63,898 nucleotides of DNA, filler included, from Folioceros fuciformis (GCA_049999805.1; 6 parts of 5 records of this genome joined end to end with filler, not necessarily neighbours in it); one strand, 5' to 3'. Counted from the whole stretch's first letter, positions 13,294 through 27,135 are shown. A program made the numbers and translations. The notes: generated by a model from the sequence alone, not told the origin.

Positions 13294-14410
13294 ACTTAGG
13301 CGTTCCTGTAGGACCTCCTGATTTTGTTCATAAGATAATGGATGCAGCGTTGGATGAAGATTTGGCTCATATCATGGACCTCTCACAAATCGGTGACCAT
13401 CAAATTATGTTCGATATCCTTTCTTCCTTTTTTGTGTGGCGACAAGTTACCTTACAAGAACTGTTGTGCCTTCTCCAGTTTTCTTATCAAGTCTTAGGAA
13501 GTTCAACAATTAAGTTATGTAGGCTTTTGGGGAAATCATAGATCTCGATACCTTTGATTGTATAGTCGGTGATTTAGCTCAGAAATAGGCTTCCTTGCCA
13601 GTGGTCTTTGGAAGGGTTGGCATTTTGGCCATGAAGGCCTCTGCCCTAACTACCTTTTTCAATAGTTGGGCCCTCTCAACTCCAATTTCGGCCTCATTTT
13701 TTGTTGCAAGATTCTCTTCTTCTTGAAGATTTTATCTTAGGCGTTGAGGAGGGCATTTTCCCTTTATAGGTTTTCTCTTCAGCAAGCGAGGGATTCTTTA
13801 CCTTTGGAGGCTCGTGAGGCTCTACCTTCTTTCACCTCCCTTTCTAGGGGAGGGTTGAGGGATCTCCCTCCTACAAGAGCAAAACGACCAAGCACTATGA
13901 ACCCTTCTTTCGAATTCATCCATCCCTAGGTCTTCTTGGGCTCGTATTCACTCTTGTTCAAGTAAAGAAGCGGGATCTTGACTTTTGGCTCGACCTTGCA
14001 TCCGCGCGTTTCAAATCGCACTAGCAACTTTCGCTAGCGCGATGAGATTTCGCTTAGGTTTGGCCCACCCCTTGGCTTTTTTTATCTCTCTACATGGAGT
14101 TGTGGGGTTGCCATTGTTGATATAGGGTCCTTATATGGCACGTTGTCCCGTTGGCATTGCCACCCATGATGTAGTTTGAGATGTCATGTTCTCAATGGCG
14201 AGGGAGTGTGGGTTTCTTCCGTATAGGGAGCGTCCATATACTTTGCGCAACGGGGTTTCACTTAGAGTTCACCTTTTTTTCACTAGGGGAGAACTGGTTT
14301 GTATCGCTGATGTAGATGTTATGGATCCCACTCGGGATTCGATCTACGAGCACGTCATCATCAACCCTCCTAGATGGGCGGTGGAAGGTGCTTTCTACCG
14401 TCAATGAGGC
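13290..14410 (+). mobile_element. Non-LTR retrotransposon fragment, CRE-like with restriction-like endonuclease (degenerate)
   Basis: LGVPVG...; ASLPVVFGRVGI; ARIHSCSSKEAGS*LLARP; AMRFRLGLAHP; a CCHC remnant; THDVV*DVMFSMARECGF...RVHL...CIADVDVMDP. This is the post-RT/RLE layout typical of CRE-clade elements. Confidence 0.7.
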
Positions 14411-14816
14411 TCGATGTGATGATTTCCAAAGTAGTTATGAGGTCCCAAACTATAACAGAGGCCAGGTGTGGTAACCGCGAGTGAAGCTACAAGTTGTTAA
14501 TATTTTTCTTCTACATCCTTGTACTCCGCTAAATAATTCACTAACTACTTTCATACGTACTAGATGCATCAAAGTACTATAAGCATCTAGTACCTTCTGG
14601 TAGAGCAAAGCCATATGAGGTGCTTGCGAGGGGGAAAAAACAAGGAAAGAAAAAGGCAAATAACATCGCAGATCGCACAGTCTTCCTGCATCCACAAGGG
14701 AGGCACTCAGCACAGGAGGAAAGAAGCGACCAGTGCACGTTAAATTTCAACCCGGAGGGAATTGGAAGCACAAGTTTTCTATCAGACCTCTTGGAGGAGC
14801 AACTTGCCCTCTGCAT

Positions 14817-17015
14817 TCACGCATAAGGGACCAGCGTAGTTTGAGGCCGGATATCCACGAAGCCACATGATAGGGCCATTAGTAAGAAAGCTCCCTCCTC
14901 GTCATCGGTTAGTGCTTCATGTACCTGACCCATGCCACTGACATCCTGCAGACTCTTCTCATGGCCACAATCTTGAATTTTCCAGTCGGTACCTGCTGTG
15001 ACAAACTCAACAAGGGATCTCACACATTCAGATCCTTGCACTGAACACGTGGGCAGAGTAAAAATCGGGGACCCTTCCTCTACATGCTTATCTGACATAC
15101 AGTTGCCACGATCGCCAGCTGAATAATTTAGTTCATTGCAGCTACAGCGACCATGACCTCCTGCCTCTGCACTCCTTACTCGCTTTTGAGAAAAAGCTCC
15201 AAGACTCTGCATATTCTTCTCAACTGTTGAACAACTAGGCCAAGCTTGTTCAGGTCCAACGACAGACTTCCGTTTTGGCAACTTCCCAGAGATGCAAACC
15301 ACTTCGACTGACAAGGAAGGCGAAGATAGCACGTCAGAATTCTTGGATGAGCTCAGGCGCCTTCCAGTTTTTTTAAACCGTATTCCACAGGCATTGCACA
15401 GCGACTGCAACAGGAGCCAACGTGTCAGAGTCTACCAAACGAAGGGGAGTGCAAAGCAGGCAATTCAACATAAAATGATGCGCCAGAAGGCTGCTCAGAA
15501 GAATAACGCCACCTTGGGACCTTGCGGGCCATTTCTCCAGAGAGGAGTTCTAGATGTCCCACAGCGCATACAAGACCTTAACGCCTGAATCTCATGTCCG
15601 TCCTGGTTTCTACTGGCTCCACGGGAGGGAACGATATCTGTGTCAGGTAAAGGACTCTGTTTGGTCAGCAACCATCTGCCCTCCGACTTCCTCTCATTGA
15701 GCTCCTGGAGAAGGGGACGAGCTGCCCAGGATTTCTTCGGCTTATTGCTCGAAACAGGATGTGGTGAAAGCACTGGAAAATCTTCCGAGCAGCTCTGGCC
15801 GCTGGACTTACGAGACAAGTTCGGACAATCACTCACACCCCTTTCGCTGGGCAAGCTTTTACTACGTTTCAAAGTTACCTTTGCCCTAGATGCCTTGGAA
15901 TCAACAATGCGTGGAAGCGATTGTCTAGACTGCAAGAGATGCAACAGAGTCCTGTATCAATACGTCGTGCATGCTTTCATCTGCCAAGCCAAAGGACATC
16001 AATTTGTGAACCAAGAACCTGGGTTCTAGAATCAATCCAGAAAGTACTATGACTGGGTGAGAGAACATAGTCTTATACCCTGGACGCCAGGAACCTCACA
16101 AACCTGATGACGAAAATTAATGCTGTAGTCTGAAGTTGCCCAGGCAATGGGGCAGGAAAGCAGTTCCGGCCTTACGTATCGGGCATGATCTCCTGGAATG
16201 TCAACCAGATCCCGCTTGATGCTCGACCTAGTACTCCCCTTCCCTTCATCCAGTGTATTGAAAGAAAACCCAGCAATCTTGTGGATGATCCCGTCATCGA
16301 TGGAAGTCTGCTGGAGGTCATCGAGCTCTCCAGACCCAAGCTTCTCCAGATCAGAGTCTTCCACAACATGCACGCACTTGAAACTTGTTGAGTGACGCTC
16401 AGGCTTACCATGTTTAGGAGTCGAGAGAGACAGGGTACAGTCCACGTGTGACTCGACGGACAAACTTTCCGAGGCCTCTCTCTGCTCCGAAGTCTGTTGA
16501 GCAGATTGCACGTGCAAAATATCCGATAACACGCTGGATGAGGACGAATAATTTGCACACACTGCAAGACTTGTATTCTCCAGGCTTCCTGCATTCGTCT
16601 CTTGAAACTGACCATACACCCCCGCAAAGTCCCGTCTCTCAAGACCCTCGGGCCGTTTTATGGTAGTGCCTCCACCGGCGATAGCCAGCTTCGCTTCACT
16701 TTTACATGGTGGAGACTTGAAATAACTCCAAGGGCTACTGTTTTGCGCTGATCTCGCATGATACATTGGTGATACTAGACCGCTGTTACCTTCGCACCAC
16801 TGCTGGTAATGGTCGTCAGTCTGGGTTTGCCTTAGCCAACACTGCTTGTAGTGAGTGTGCCCAGAAGGGGTGGGGAAGAAACTGAGTTTGCAACATAGCC
16901 TCCTTACCTCCAAAGTGGATTCGTGACCGGACGCGTGGACCCGTGCGGAAACAACTAGCAACGACCGCCAAGACAAAGCTCGTCTGCAACACAATGTAAA
17001 GCTGCCAGATCGCAT
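14817..17015 (-). CDS. B-class GATA zinc-finger transcription factor with HAN and LLM domains (3 exons: 17015-16104, 15929-15513, 15404-14817)
   Basis: C-x2-C-x18-C-x2-C finger CMRCGTSRTPLWRNGPQGPK|SLCNACGIRFKK, split by a phase-0 GT-AG intron 15512-15405; a second phase-0 intron spans 16103-15930. N-terminal VDCTLSLSTP (HAN) and C-terminal EEGAFLLMALSCG (LLM). True ATG may be downstream of 17015. Confidence 0.93.
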
Positions 17016-18540
17016 CCTAGCCAGTGCGAGGAGATAGGCGAAAGCTGAGGACTTCAGCAGGGACTTTCACCACTAAGGCTGGATTCGCATGAACCGAAGG
17101 TCATGGAGACTTTATTATTAAAGAATACATGGAACCCATGTACCCCTCTACAAAGGGGACAACCCTGTGAAGGCAAAGGCAATTATACGAGGGGAGTCCT
17201 CCCGAGAATTTCAGTGAGGATATGAAAGCTTTGAGGATACGAAAGCACCTCACTAGAAATGGAATCAAGTGAAATAAGGTGAAAGATAAAAGTAGAAAAA
17301 GATAAAAGAGCTACTTGGAGCCTAGTGTTCAGTCATGAGAGAGTTGAGTGATTTGTAAGTGGAGCGCTGCAGAGTGAATAGACAAGATTAGAGGCCATTG
17401 CTTCTTTTTATGCCATGTAAGGAAGGGGGTGTTACTTAACTACCATGGAATATGAAAGTGCTTAATAAGCACAAACTATGAAAGCACTAATTACCACTGG
17501 AGCCAAGAAGCTGCTTCATATGTGTTCTACGCGGTAAGTGGCAAAAGCTCTTCGGTCTTCCTTTGCCTCAAAAAAGCACCTATATAAAAAAGTTAAGGAG
17601 TAGTTTCAATCTTGCCATTGTAATAAAACCCAAACCTGGAAAGGGCCTAGTTTGGGCTAGAGTTGGGCTGGACTATTCACATGTTCATGCACTTTAATTT
17701 GGACTTAATGATTGTCACCTAACACTATCATTTCATATTTTGATTTATCCGTTAAAGCTCCACGAATTGTACCCTCATATGAGAAACTTCACAAACACCA
17801 CTTTCTTAAGTGCTTTTCACAAACTCCACATACCATATCCTAGCTTAACACATTTGAGTCAATATACTTCACAATGCCGTGATTCAAGTGTGTGGATGGT
17901 GCAAGGACTTGAGTTGAGTTTTCAATTACGAACTCTCCTAAGAGGGAAAAAGGGAAGGAAGGGTTGGATTCAAATGCAAGGATAGACCCACCCCTAGAAG
18001 ATGCTTAGGTGGTCTCACCCCCTCAACCAACTACCTTAGGGGACTCACCCCTAACCCCACCTCTGCCAAGGGAAATTGTGCAAGATGCAAATCGTGGTCT
18101 TGTTTTCTAGTCAACAAGTTCCCTGCGAGTGAGGGAGCTTATTAACACTTGCAAACTGCCATGCAGGCTATCCACTGAGCAAGCAAAATAGGAAGTCGAA
18201 GCTATGGAGCTTGCGGTGGAGTTGTAGAGGGGGGACGCGGCAACTCCCGCCATGCTCGGGTAAGAGGAAAGGGAGCAAGCCAGAGGGCGAGTGAGGGAGC
18301 TCGATCTTGCTTTGGAATTTAATTTGGAGGAGTAACAACAAATGAAGCAAGAACTTCACTCATGCCCCTATGAGGTTGATGAATTGACTAAGTAACTTGT
18401 GTTGTCCAAGAAAGAGCGGACCAAGCCCTCCAAGCCTTTCAGATCCTCAAAGAGCAAACCAAGCACATGCGTGTGACATACAGCCAAAAAAGTCACAAAC
18501 TTGTTTCGGCCGATCCTAGTCCATGTCTTAATAACCTAGG

Positions 18541-20100
18541 GTGGACAGCCTTCAGTTCACTCAGGCCTTAGATTCCCCTCATCCAGGACAACCATACTTC
18601 AGTCAGTCACGTGCTGAGTATTATGAAGACTTAGACGACATGGAGGGAGGAGCACCTTACAGGCATGAGAGATTTTTAGGGAGGCCAGGTACACAGCCCC
18701 CACGGGACTTCAGGTTATTTGTCAATGGCATGATCAGTCAGGTCAAGTTTAAACATGGTGCTGCGTACAACCACCTCTACTTGTTTGAACAATTGGCTGG
18801 GCATCTAGAAGACGAGGCCCTAGACTTGTATGAGGTGCACCAAGCTGAACTCACAACAACGGTGGCTACACCTAACCCCCTGTTCCAGAATGCCTTGTAG
18901 CTAGCTTACAATGCTAAGCTAGCTAATGCAATTAATTCTCACCAGGCTGGTATTGCTATTGGGAGCATTGCAGCCACTGTGCAACCACCAACGGTGGTCA
19001 CCCTAACAACAGCAGAGATGGCTACAACTACTGTAGGTGTGGATGCTGACATCCTCACACCCAAGCATGCCAACCCAGTTGAAGACTTTTTGGGGATTTT
19101 GGAAAAGGCTTTTCCCCTCAAGACACTTGAGAAGATTGCAGAGTTGGCAAGTTTTGCGCGCAAGAAAGGTGAAACTATTCAAATGACCTTTCGTCGACTA
19201 CAGAAATTGCGAGAGGGTACAGGAATGCTGACAGACCAGGAGGCAGCACATAAATTCCTCACAGCACTAGGAGGTGATCCACTTTTCCACTTTCAGCTCG
19301 TCACATCCCTTGTGGATAAGTATGGAGATAGTTATACTTTGGAGCAGGTGCACGAGGAGGCTGAGAAGAAGGAGATTGCATTCTCAGCATATGCCTCAAA
19401 GCATTCCAAGGCCTTGACGCATTATCAAAGCATGTTCTCTAGTAAGAACATAGTTGCTGGGAGTGTAGGTGTTGGGGCATCCACGTCTACTCAAGCCAAG
19501 CTAGCCAAAGCAGGAGCTACAACAACCTTGGAGGCTTTGTGCAATCACTGTGGCAGTCTAGAGCACATGGCTCCGGCCTGCAAGTGCCCTCCTAAAGGAC
19601 TGCTTTGTTCTCATTGCCACAACCCTGGACATCTTGTGACTATATGCTTCCAAAAGCATTTGAAGTGAAGGCAACAGCGAGGGGGCACCACAAATGTTGC
19701 ATGGACAGCTCCCACTTCCACTAATTCAAGCTCCTCAGCTACAGTAATTTAGGAGTCTCACGCAGCAAACAGTAGTGAGAGAAGGCCAAGGCCAAGGTGG
19801 CTACTAATGCGGACAAGCTCACTTCACTAGAAGTAATCGTGGCTGCTCTTGCCACACAGGTGGGGGCACTTTCAGCTAGCATCTCTAGCAGCATAGCTGC
19901 TTCCAAGCCAGCTGGGACCACAACTTGCGATGACGACAAATTGAGGATAATTTAAGGGAAGCCACTATCCAAATTCAAGGACTCCAAGATGTTTTGTTTG
20001 ATCTCATTTCAGGAGTTCAGCAGCTTTTTTTTGTTGGCTTCCCCGTTGGAAGAGGAAAAGCGCATGCATATGGCTAAGCTATTTTCACTGAGACGCTCAT
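18541..20100 (+). mobile_element. Gag-like region of the same family as the DNMT-bearing element (two zinc knuckles)
   Basis: ORFs 18541-18900 and 18979-19668 in one frame separated by a stop; CNHCGSLEHMAPAC and CSHCHNPGHLVTIC; similarity to 579-1649. Confidence 0.7.
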
Positions 20101-20127
20101 GCGTACTCCGCCCTTAACATTTGAAGT

Positions 20128-23100
20128 TTGGACATGCAGCCAGGTTCGCCCTCATCAAGGTCCGGCGAATCAAATGAAGGCAAAGATTTGGACCTTAGAA
20201 GATTGGATTTGCAGGAGGAAGCCGCTTCACCTATTGTCGATTCCACAACTGGCATCGATGAACAACAAGTAGCATCTCCTTCTTTTGAATTTTTGAGAAG
20301 TTATTGGGGCAACGTCCCTCAACCCAAGCCAGGCACTGAGAGTAATTTAAGCCCATCTGGTGTTCCTTCTCCTATAGCAGGCAACCTTGCTGGTTTTGCA
20401 AGCACCCTTGCAGGATGGCAGGCTACCCTACTCATGGAGTTGGACATTTTATTGGACAAGCTGTAAATTCAGGAACCAGCACATCTCAACAACCTGTGCC
20501 TCCTGTCAACACCCTTGCGCAAGCTATGGCGATCACTCAAGGTTCCTTGAAGATATATTTCAAGGACAAGAATTGCTTTAATGGTAATGATTACCACATC
20601 TAGGCGATGAGGCTGACCCGGATTTTGGAGGAGCATGAGCTCATGTTCGTCGTGGACGGGACAGAACCAAAACCAGCAACACAGCTCAACAATGCAAATG
20701 CTACTAATATACTTGCATGGCAAAGGAAGGACAGGAGAGCCCGGTCGATCCTTTAGGCATCCCTTGATAGGAACATGATGCCACATACCATCAATGCTGA
20801 CACTTCAGCAGAATTTGGAACAACTTCAAACTCATTTATAGAGATAAGAGTTCTATTTCCCTTGTGTTAGCGCATCGGGATTTTTTCAATATTCAAATAA
20901 AGGATAATGAGACTGTTGAGTCTTACATCAATAAATTTCGCACAGCTTGTGCGACCCTTGCATATTGTGGGGCTATCTTCACTGATTTTCAAGCTGCTAT
21001 TTCATTTTTAGCATCTCTACCTAATAGTTATTCTCAGTTTATCAGTTCTCAAAATGCTACTCTTCAAGCCACTGGACTCGATGCCAATGTAACGTTGGAG
21101 CAGGTATTTGGAGCTTTGATTGCTGAAGAATGCTAGAGGAGCCTTCACAAGTCTAAGCCCAACATGCAGCAAGGCCCCAAGTTTTATTCGCCTCAAGAGG
21201 ACGTGGAGGCAATCGAGGCAGAGGACCTGGGGGCTCAGCACGAGGAGGAGCTTCAACCTCTAGACAACCCTACCTTCAAAGGCATACCTTCACTTGCAAC
21301 TAGTGTAAAATACCCAGTCATTTTGAGAAGGACTGCAGGAAGAAAAGGGCTGGTGAGCCCAAGAAGGAAAGTTCAAGTTCCATTCCAGAATCCAATGTAG
21401 CCACGTCTGAAGGTCTACCCAAAACACCCTCCATCTTAGCAGTTTGCTTATCTTCTGTCCTAATCCAGAATGGCATGTGGTTCCTTGATTTAGGGGCAAC
21501 CAGTCACATCTATTTTGATAGAAATGCTTTCATGTTTTTTGACCCTACTCTAGATCATCACCAATTTGTTCTTTTGGGTGATGATAGTGGTTTATCCATT
21601 ATGGGTACAAGATCAGTCAAGATATAGCTTCCTGATACTTTCTCACGTACAATCACAAGTGTGTTGTTTGTCCCATCTATGACCAAGAATCTCATGTCAG
21701 TTATGAAGCTCACAGAGGAACATTCTTGTAGAGTTTGTTTTGACCATATAGGCTGTTTTGTCATTTGGCAATAGTATTGCACCTAACTTATTCACAGGGA
21801 CACCTTTTCATGATTTGTACCTTCTAAATGTTAGAACTTTGTATAGTCTATTGGCAACTGCTTATGTTACTCAAGCTTCTGGTCTCTCTCCAACTCATCT
21901 TTGGCATTGTCGATTAGGACATGTAAATTTTAATAGGCTTTCTACTTTAGTCAATAATTCAATTATTAGAGACCCCTTGTCTTTGTCTTTTGATAATCAA
22001 GCTTTTTGTGACTCCTATCAATTGAGCAAGGCAATTTCACAACCGTTTAGAGACCAAAACTTTTCAAGAGCTACCGGCCTCCTCCACACTGTCCATAGTG
22101 ATATATGTGGTCCCATGTCAACCATGTCCTTTGGTGGAGCATCATATTGCATCACTTCTATTGATGAGTGGAGCCACTATTGTACAACTTTTGTTCTTGC
22201 ACACAAGAGTGCAGCCTTGTCATATTTTCAAGCATATTTAGCTTCTGCTCAGCGTCAAACAGGTCATCAGCTGAAAATTCTCAGGTCTGATAATGGAGGT
22301 GAGTATACAAGCAATGCCTTCACCGAATTTTGTGTTGGAGAGGGAGTTCTTCATCAGTTTACAGTTCCTTATACTCCAGCTCAAAATGCTTTCGTTGAAC
22401 GCAAGAATAGGACACTTCAAGAGGCTACACTTTCCAGTTTAGCATTTGCAGGCCTCACTAGGGGATCCTGGGCAAAAGCCCGTATGGCAGCTAATTATGT
22501 GCAGAACAGGTCGCCTACGAAGGAGCTTGGTTTGGTTACCCCCTATGAGTGCTGGACTGGGAAGAAGCCCTGGATCACCTATCTACGTATCCTTGGAGCA
22601 CCAGCATATGCTTTGATCCCTTCTGCCCTTCAGAGTAAGCTTGATCCTAAAGCTATCCGCCGCATTTTTATTGGTTATTCGGACGAGGTAAAGGGATATA
22701 AGCGTTTTGATCCAAGTACTCAGCAAGTTTCCATTTCTCGGAGTGTTGTTTTTCATGAAAATGCTCTTCTCAAACGTCATGACGCTGCTTTGGATCCTAG
22801 TTCTTTTGACTCTAGTGTTTCTATTCATGGAGTGGATGATCTGGCTTATTACAATATTGATATTGATGTTGATGCTAATGTGTCTATTTTTTATACTGAT
22901 GATGTTTCCAGTTCACCTTCCTCGGCTTCAGGGGGGGCTACAACATCTGGTTCACATGCACAAGCTTCCCCAGCACCTGAATCTTCTCCACCAGATGAGT
23001 ATTCTATAGTTCCCTCTTTTGATGAACCCTTGGAAGTTGATCCTGTTGTTGTTCTTGATTCTGACCCTTCGTCTAAACCTGAGCCCACACCTGATCCAGT

Positions 23101-25180
23101 TGAGCCTACACCTGAGCCAATTTTGCATAGATCTACATGCCATAGACCACCTTGTAGCAAATGGTCTGAGCCACATGGTCTAGTTTCAGATAAGAATTTT
23201 GATACTTCTGAACCTGCCACTTATAAGGAAGCCATTTCTAGTCCTTAGGCTGAACATTGGCAAAAGGCTATCAAGTCTTAGTATGATTCCCTTATAACCA
23301 ACAAAACCTAGAAATTAGTTGATTTACCCAAGGGCCGCAAGCCTATTGCTTGCAAGTGGGTCTTCAAGAAAAAGTTGAACACTGACGGTAGTGTAGGACG
23401 TTATAAGGCCAGGTTAGTTGCTAAAGGCTATAGTCAGGTAGCAGGCCTAGATTATAATGAAACTTTTTCCCCAGTTGTTAAATCTACCTCCATTAGAATA
23501 TTGCTTTCCTTGGCTGCCCATTATGGTCTTTATGTACATCAGCTGGATGTGAAGACTGCTTTCTTTAATGGGTCCTTAGAGGAGGAAATATACATGTCCC
23601 AGTCGGAAGGTTTTGTAGAAGATGTTAACAAAGTTTGTCACTTGCTAAAGACTTTATATGGCTTGAAACAATCAAGCAGAGCTTGGAATGAAACTTTCCA
23701 TGCCTTACTTATTCAGCTTGGATTTACATGTCTTGATGCCGACAACAGTGTTTATGTCTTATGGGACGGCGCAGATTTTCTTATTTTGATAGTGTATGTT
23801 GATGACAACTTTTTATGTTGTACCTCTATTGCACTGATGGCCCGAATCAAGAGTGTTTTGCTTTCTCGCTTTGACATGTTCAACTTGGGCCAACTTAGCT
23901 TTTCACTTGGCGTATAATTTCACTTGGCGTATAATTTCACTTCTATGAAGATAGGCATACTATCGAGATACACCAGGAACATTTTGTGAATCAGCTTTTG
24001 TAGCATTTCAATATGGCACATGCACGTCCTGTTGCTACTCCTATGTCAATAGGAGATAAATTATCCAAGGAGCAGTGCTCCTCAACACAAGCTGAAAAAG
24101 ATATTATGGCAACTCGCCCTTATAGGCAAGCTGTAGGTAGCCTCATTTATCTTGTAGCATGGACGTGTTTAGATATAGCCAAGGCTGTTAGTAGTGTTTC
24201 TCAATTTTTAGAAACTTTGGGGGAAGCTCATTGGACAGCCGTGAAGAGGATTTTTAGGTATCTCAAGAGCACCCCTAGATTTGGACTTACATACTCCAAG
24301 GAGACAATTAGTTTAATGCTTACTTCATACTATGATGCTGATTGGGCCGAAGACTCGAATAGTAGGAAGAGTGTTGCAGCCTATTGCAATTTACTTGGTG
24401 GATCTGTGGTTTCTTGGTCAAGCAAGAAGTTGACTACCATTTGCTTATCATCTACGGAGGCCGAATATTGAGCTTTGTCACAAGCAACAAGAGAAGTAAT
24501 TTAGATACGTTCTTTCTTGAGAAGTATACAACAACTACCATCAGGTGCTATAGTTTTATGGTGTGATAACCAATCTGCTATTGCACTCTCGAAGAACCCG
24601 GTTTCTCATGCGAGGTCGAAGCATATTGAGATTACTTATTATTTTATGAGACAAGCTCTTGATACTAGCAAGGTGGAAGTTTGTTATATTCCAACAAGTG
24701 ACAATATTGCTGATTTGCTTACCAAGGCTCTAGCTCAAAATCTGCATACCAAGCATACTTCAGCAGCTGGTCTCAAACTTATTGCAGCAGTGGCCAAGAT
24801 TGGCACTGCACATCAATTTGGTATGTTGGTCAGCTCAGTGGATGAAGCCATAATGTTTGTGCTAGTCGTGGGCTACTCAATAACAACACTAAGGCTAGAA
24901 CCCTCCTTTGCAGCTTAAGAAGGAGCTAGTTGTATGTTTTGGGTTTTAAAGTTATGGTTTACATTAGCCTACTTCTCATATTTTCCTTACCCTGATTATT
25001 TCAACTAAGAGGGAGGAAAGGAAATTATGTTAGTTTGGGTTAATTTCATAATCAGCTTACTAGTTAATTAAATACCCTAAAATACATATATACACTTTTT
25101 TCTTTACTTTTGAACACAACGATAACCGCTTTTGCTTTTGTGCACCTCTCCTGCTCTCGTGCCCGTGCACTGCCATACTC
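20128..25180 (+). mobile_element. Ty1/copia LTR retrotransposon, near-complete internal region, degenerate
   Basis: gag (FKDKNCFNG, 20560), protease WFLDLGATSH (~21478), LWHCRLGH, integrase (HSDICGP, RSDNGGEY, ERKNR), RT (RYKARLVAKG, LYGLKQ, YVDD), RNase H (DADWA, STEAEY, CDNQSA, ADLLTKAL), purine tract ~25008-25024. No 5' LTR/PBS recognised. Confidence 0.95.
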
Positions 25181-25182
25181 AC

Positions 25183-27135
25183 TCAATCCATAGCTCGAAA
25201 GTAACGAGATCCTCCAAGTGAAGCCTCATGTATCTTCCCAGATTTATCTACATGGACCAACTCCAACACTTGAGATGCCCTATGTGCAGGTGCAATAGGA
25301 AAAGGAGCCTCCTTTTTCTTGGCAAGGACACATGCTTCGCAAACTGTAAGGTCCTTGAAGCACTTGGGCAAGGGTTCTCGAAAACAATCCTTGTTGGACA
25401 TGTCCACCAGCTTTGCTCGGTTGACATGCCGAGGCGAGCATGCCATAATGCAACCAAATTCTTTTGGTCCATGTGAGTACTCCCTATAGAACATACGGTA
25501 TAAACAGGCTTGCAGTTGATGTTCAGCTTGTACAGCTCGTTGACTAACACCCCCTCGAAGGCACAAATGCTAGGTGAATCTGCCTTGCTAAAGGAACAAG
25601 ACACCTAGTCAGCTTGCATAAGAAGAGCATGCAACTTCAACAGTCTGCTAAGTGACATCAAATTCTTTGCCATCCCCGGGACGTAAAGTACCTTGTAAGG
25701 GGTAAGCTTTGTGTTGTCTGGTAAGATAAAGGTACACCTCCCGTGCCCTCTGATCTGCAATTCGGTCTCAGCCCTCTCATCTCCCAAGAGCACTTTCTCA
25801 GATACTTTGAGCAGATGCAGATGTAAAATTGGTACTTGTCCATACAAATGTGTAGTTGCTCGTGAGTCCAAATACCAACTGGTACTATCCCTCGTGGAGC
25901 TAGATAGGCAAACAATATAAATCTTCACTCTAGATTTATCATGGTCACCTCTAGACTTGTCTTTCACTGCCATGCTGGAAGTAGGTTTGTGTTGGCGCTG
26001 TGGCTTGCTTGCCTTCTACTTGTGGCAGTCACGGGCCCAGTGCCCAGCTATCCCACACCAATTACAGATCCCTGTCCTTTTAGTGGAAGAAGATCTAGAG
26101 TCATTATCACACTGACTTGATCCTTGAGTCTTCTCTTTATTTTTGTGTGGCTTGAACTTTGCAGACATCACCTTTTCAATCTTGTGTTTATGTCCACCTG
26201 ACATAAGCTGCCGACTTTGCTCCTCCTGATACAATGCGCCANNNNNNNNNNGCCGACTTTGCTCCTCCTGATACAATGCGCCAATGACATCTTCCAACAT
26301 CCTGGTGCTAGGTCCAGTTGCAGTGCTGGCAAGATGAATTGGCCCATTTTGTATACTCACAAAATTTTGATAGGATGGTGGAAGGCTGATCAGCACTTGG
26401 GCAATGGCATCCTCTTCATCCATAGTAGAACCAAAAGATACCAGGTCTGCTCGTAAATGTCTGAACTTGCTCGTAAAAACTACAACCTTATGAGACTCCT
26501 TCATCTTAAGTGTAAATACCTCCTACCTAGCAATACAAAGAGCCATTTGATTACATACCCGATATGTTTTCTCAAGCTGCGCCCATATCTCGTAAGCCTT
26601 GAGCAAATATTCTACATCTGGAATTAAGACAACATCCAAGCCACTCATGATTAGCGCTGCAGCAAGTTCATTGGCCGAAGTCCATTCGTCTAGGAGGGTC
26701 TGTTGAGCAGCTAAAAGTGTGGCTCCTAGAGCTGCTGGAGCTGGCTCCTTGCAAGTGCCATCCACCTCAGTCCATACTTTCCTGGCTACAAGTATCGCCC
26801 TCATGCGAACACGCCAAATGTGATATAGGTTACCATTAAATCTATTCTTTTCTTTTAATTCACATATTGAAGAGGGGGTAGATGAGGTAGACATGTTTAC
26901 GTGAGTGTTGGTGTTTGTGCTACGTGATGATGGTTGTGCTTGTTGTTGTGTTTTTTCCTTTCTGTGTCTTAGGTGTGCTTATGTGTACTCCCAGAAGAGG
27001 ATCGTCGTCTCTTAGGTGTGCTTATGTGTACTCCCAGAAGAGGATCGTCGTCTAACCAACCTGAATCCTCTTTGTGCTTAGCAACAGAGTCCCTACCAAC
27101 CTGAATCCTCTTTGTGCTTAGCAACAGAGTCCCTG
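25183..27135 (-). mobile_element. Ty1/copia fragment (gag - protease - start of integrase)
   Basis: LKEKNRFNG gag start, CNWCGIAGHWARDC knuckle, WYLDSRATTH, LWHARLG, LELVHVD; truncated at 25183; 10-N gap at ~26242. Confidence 0.92.
26968..27134. repeat. Two adjacent exact tandem duplications (~42 bp x2 and ~39 bp x2)
   Basis: cttaggtgtgcttatgtgtactcccagaagaggatcgtcgtc twice, then ccaacctgaatcctctttgtgcttagcaacagagtccct twice. Confidence 0.85.
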
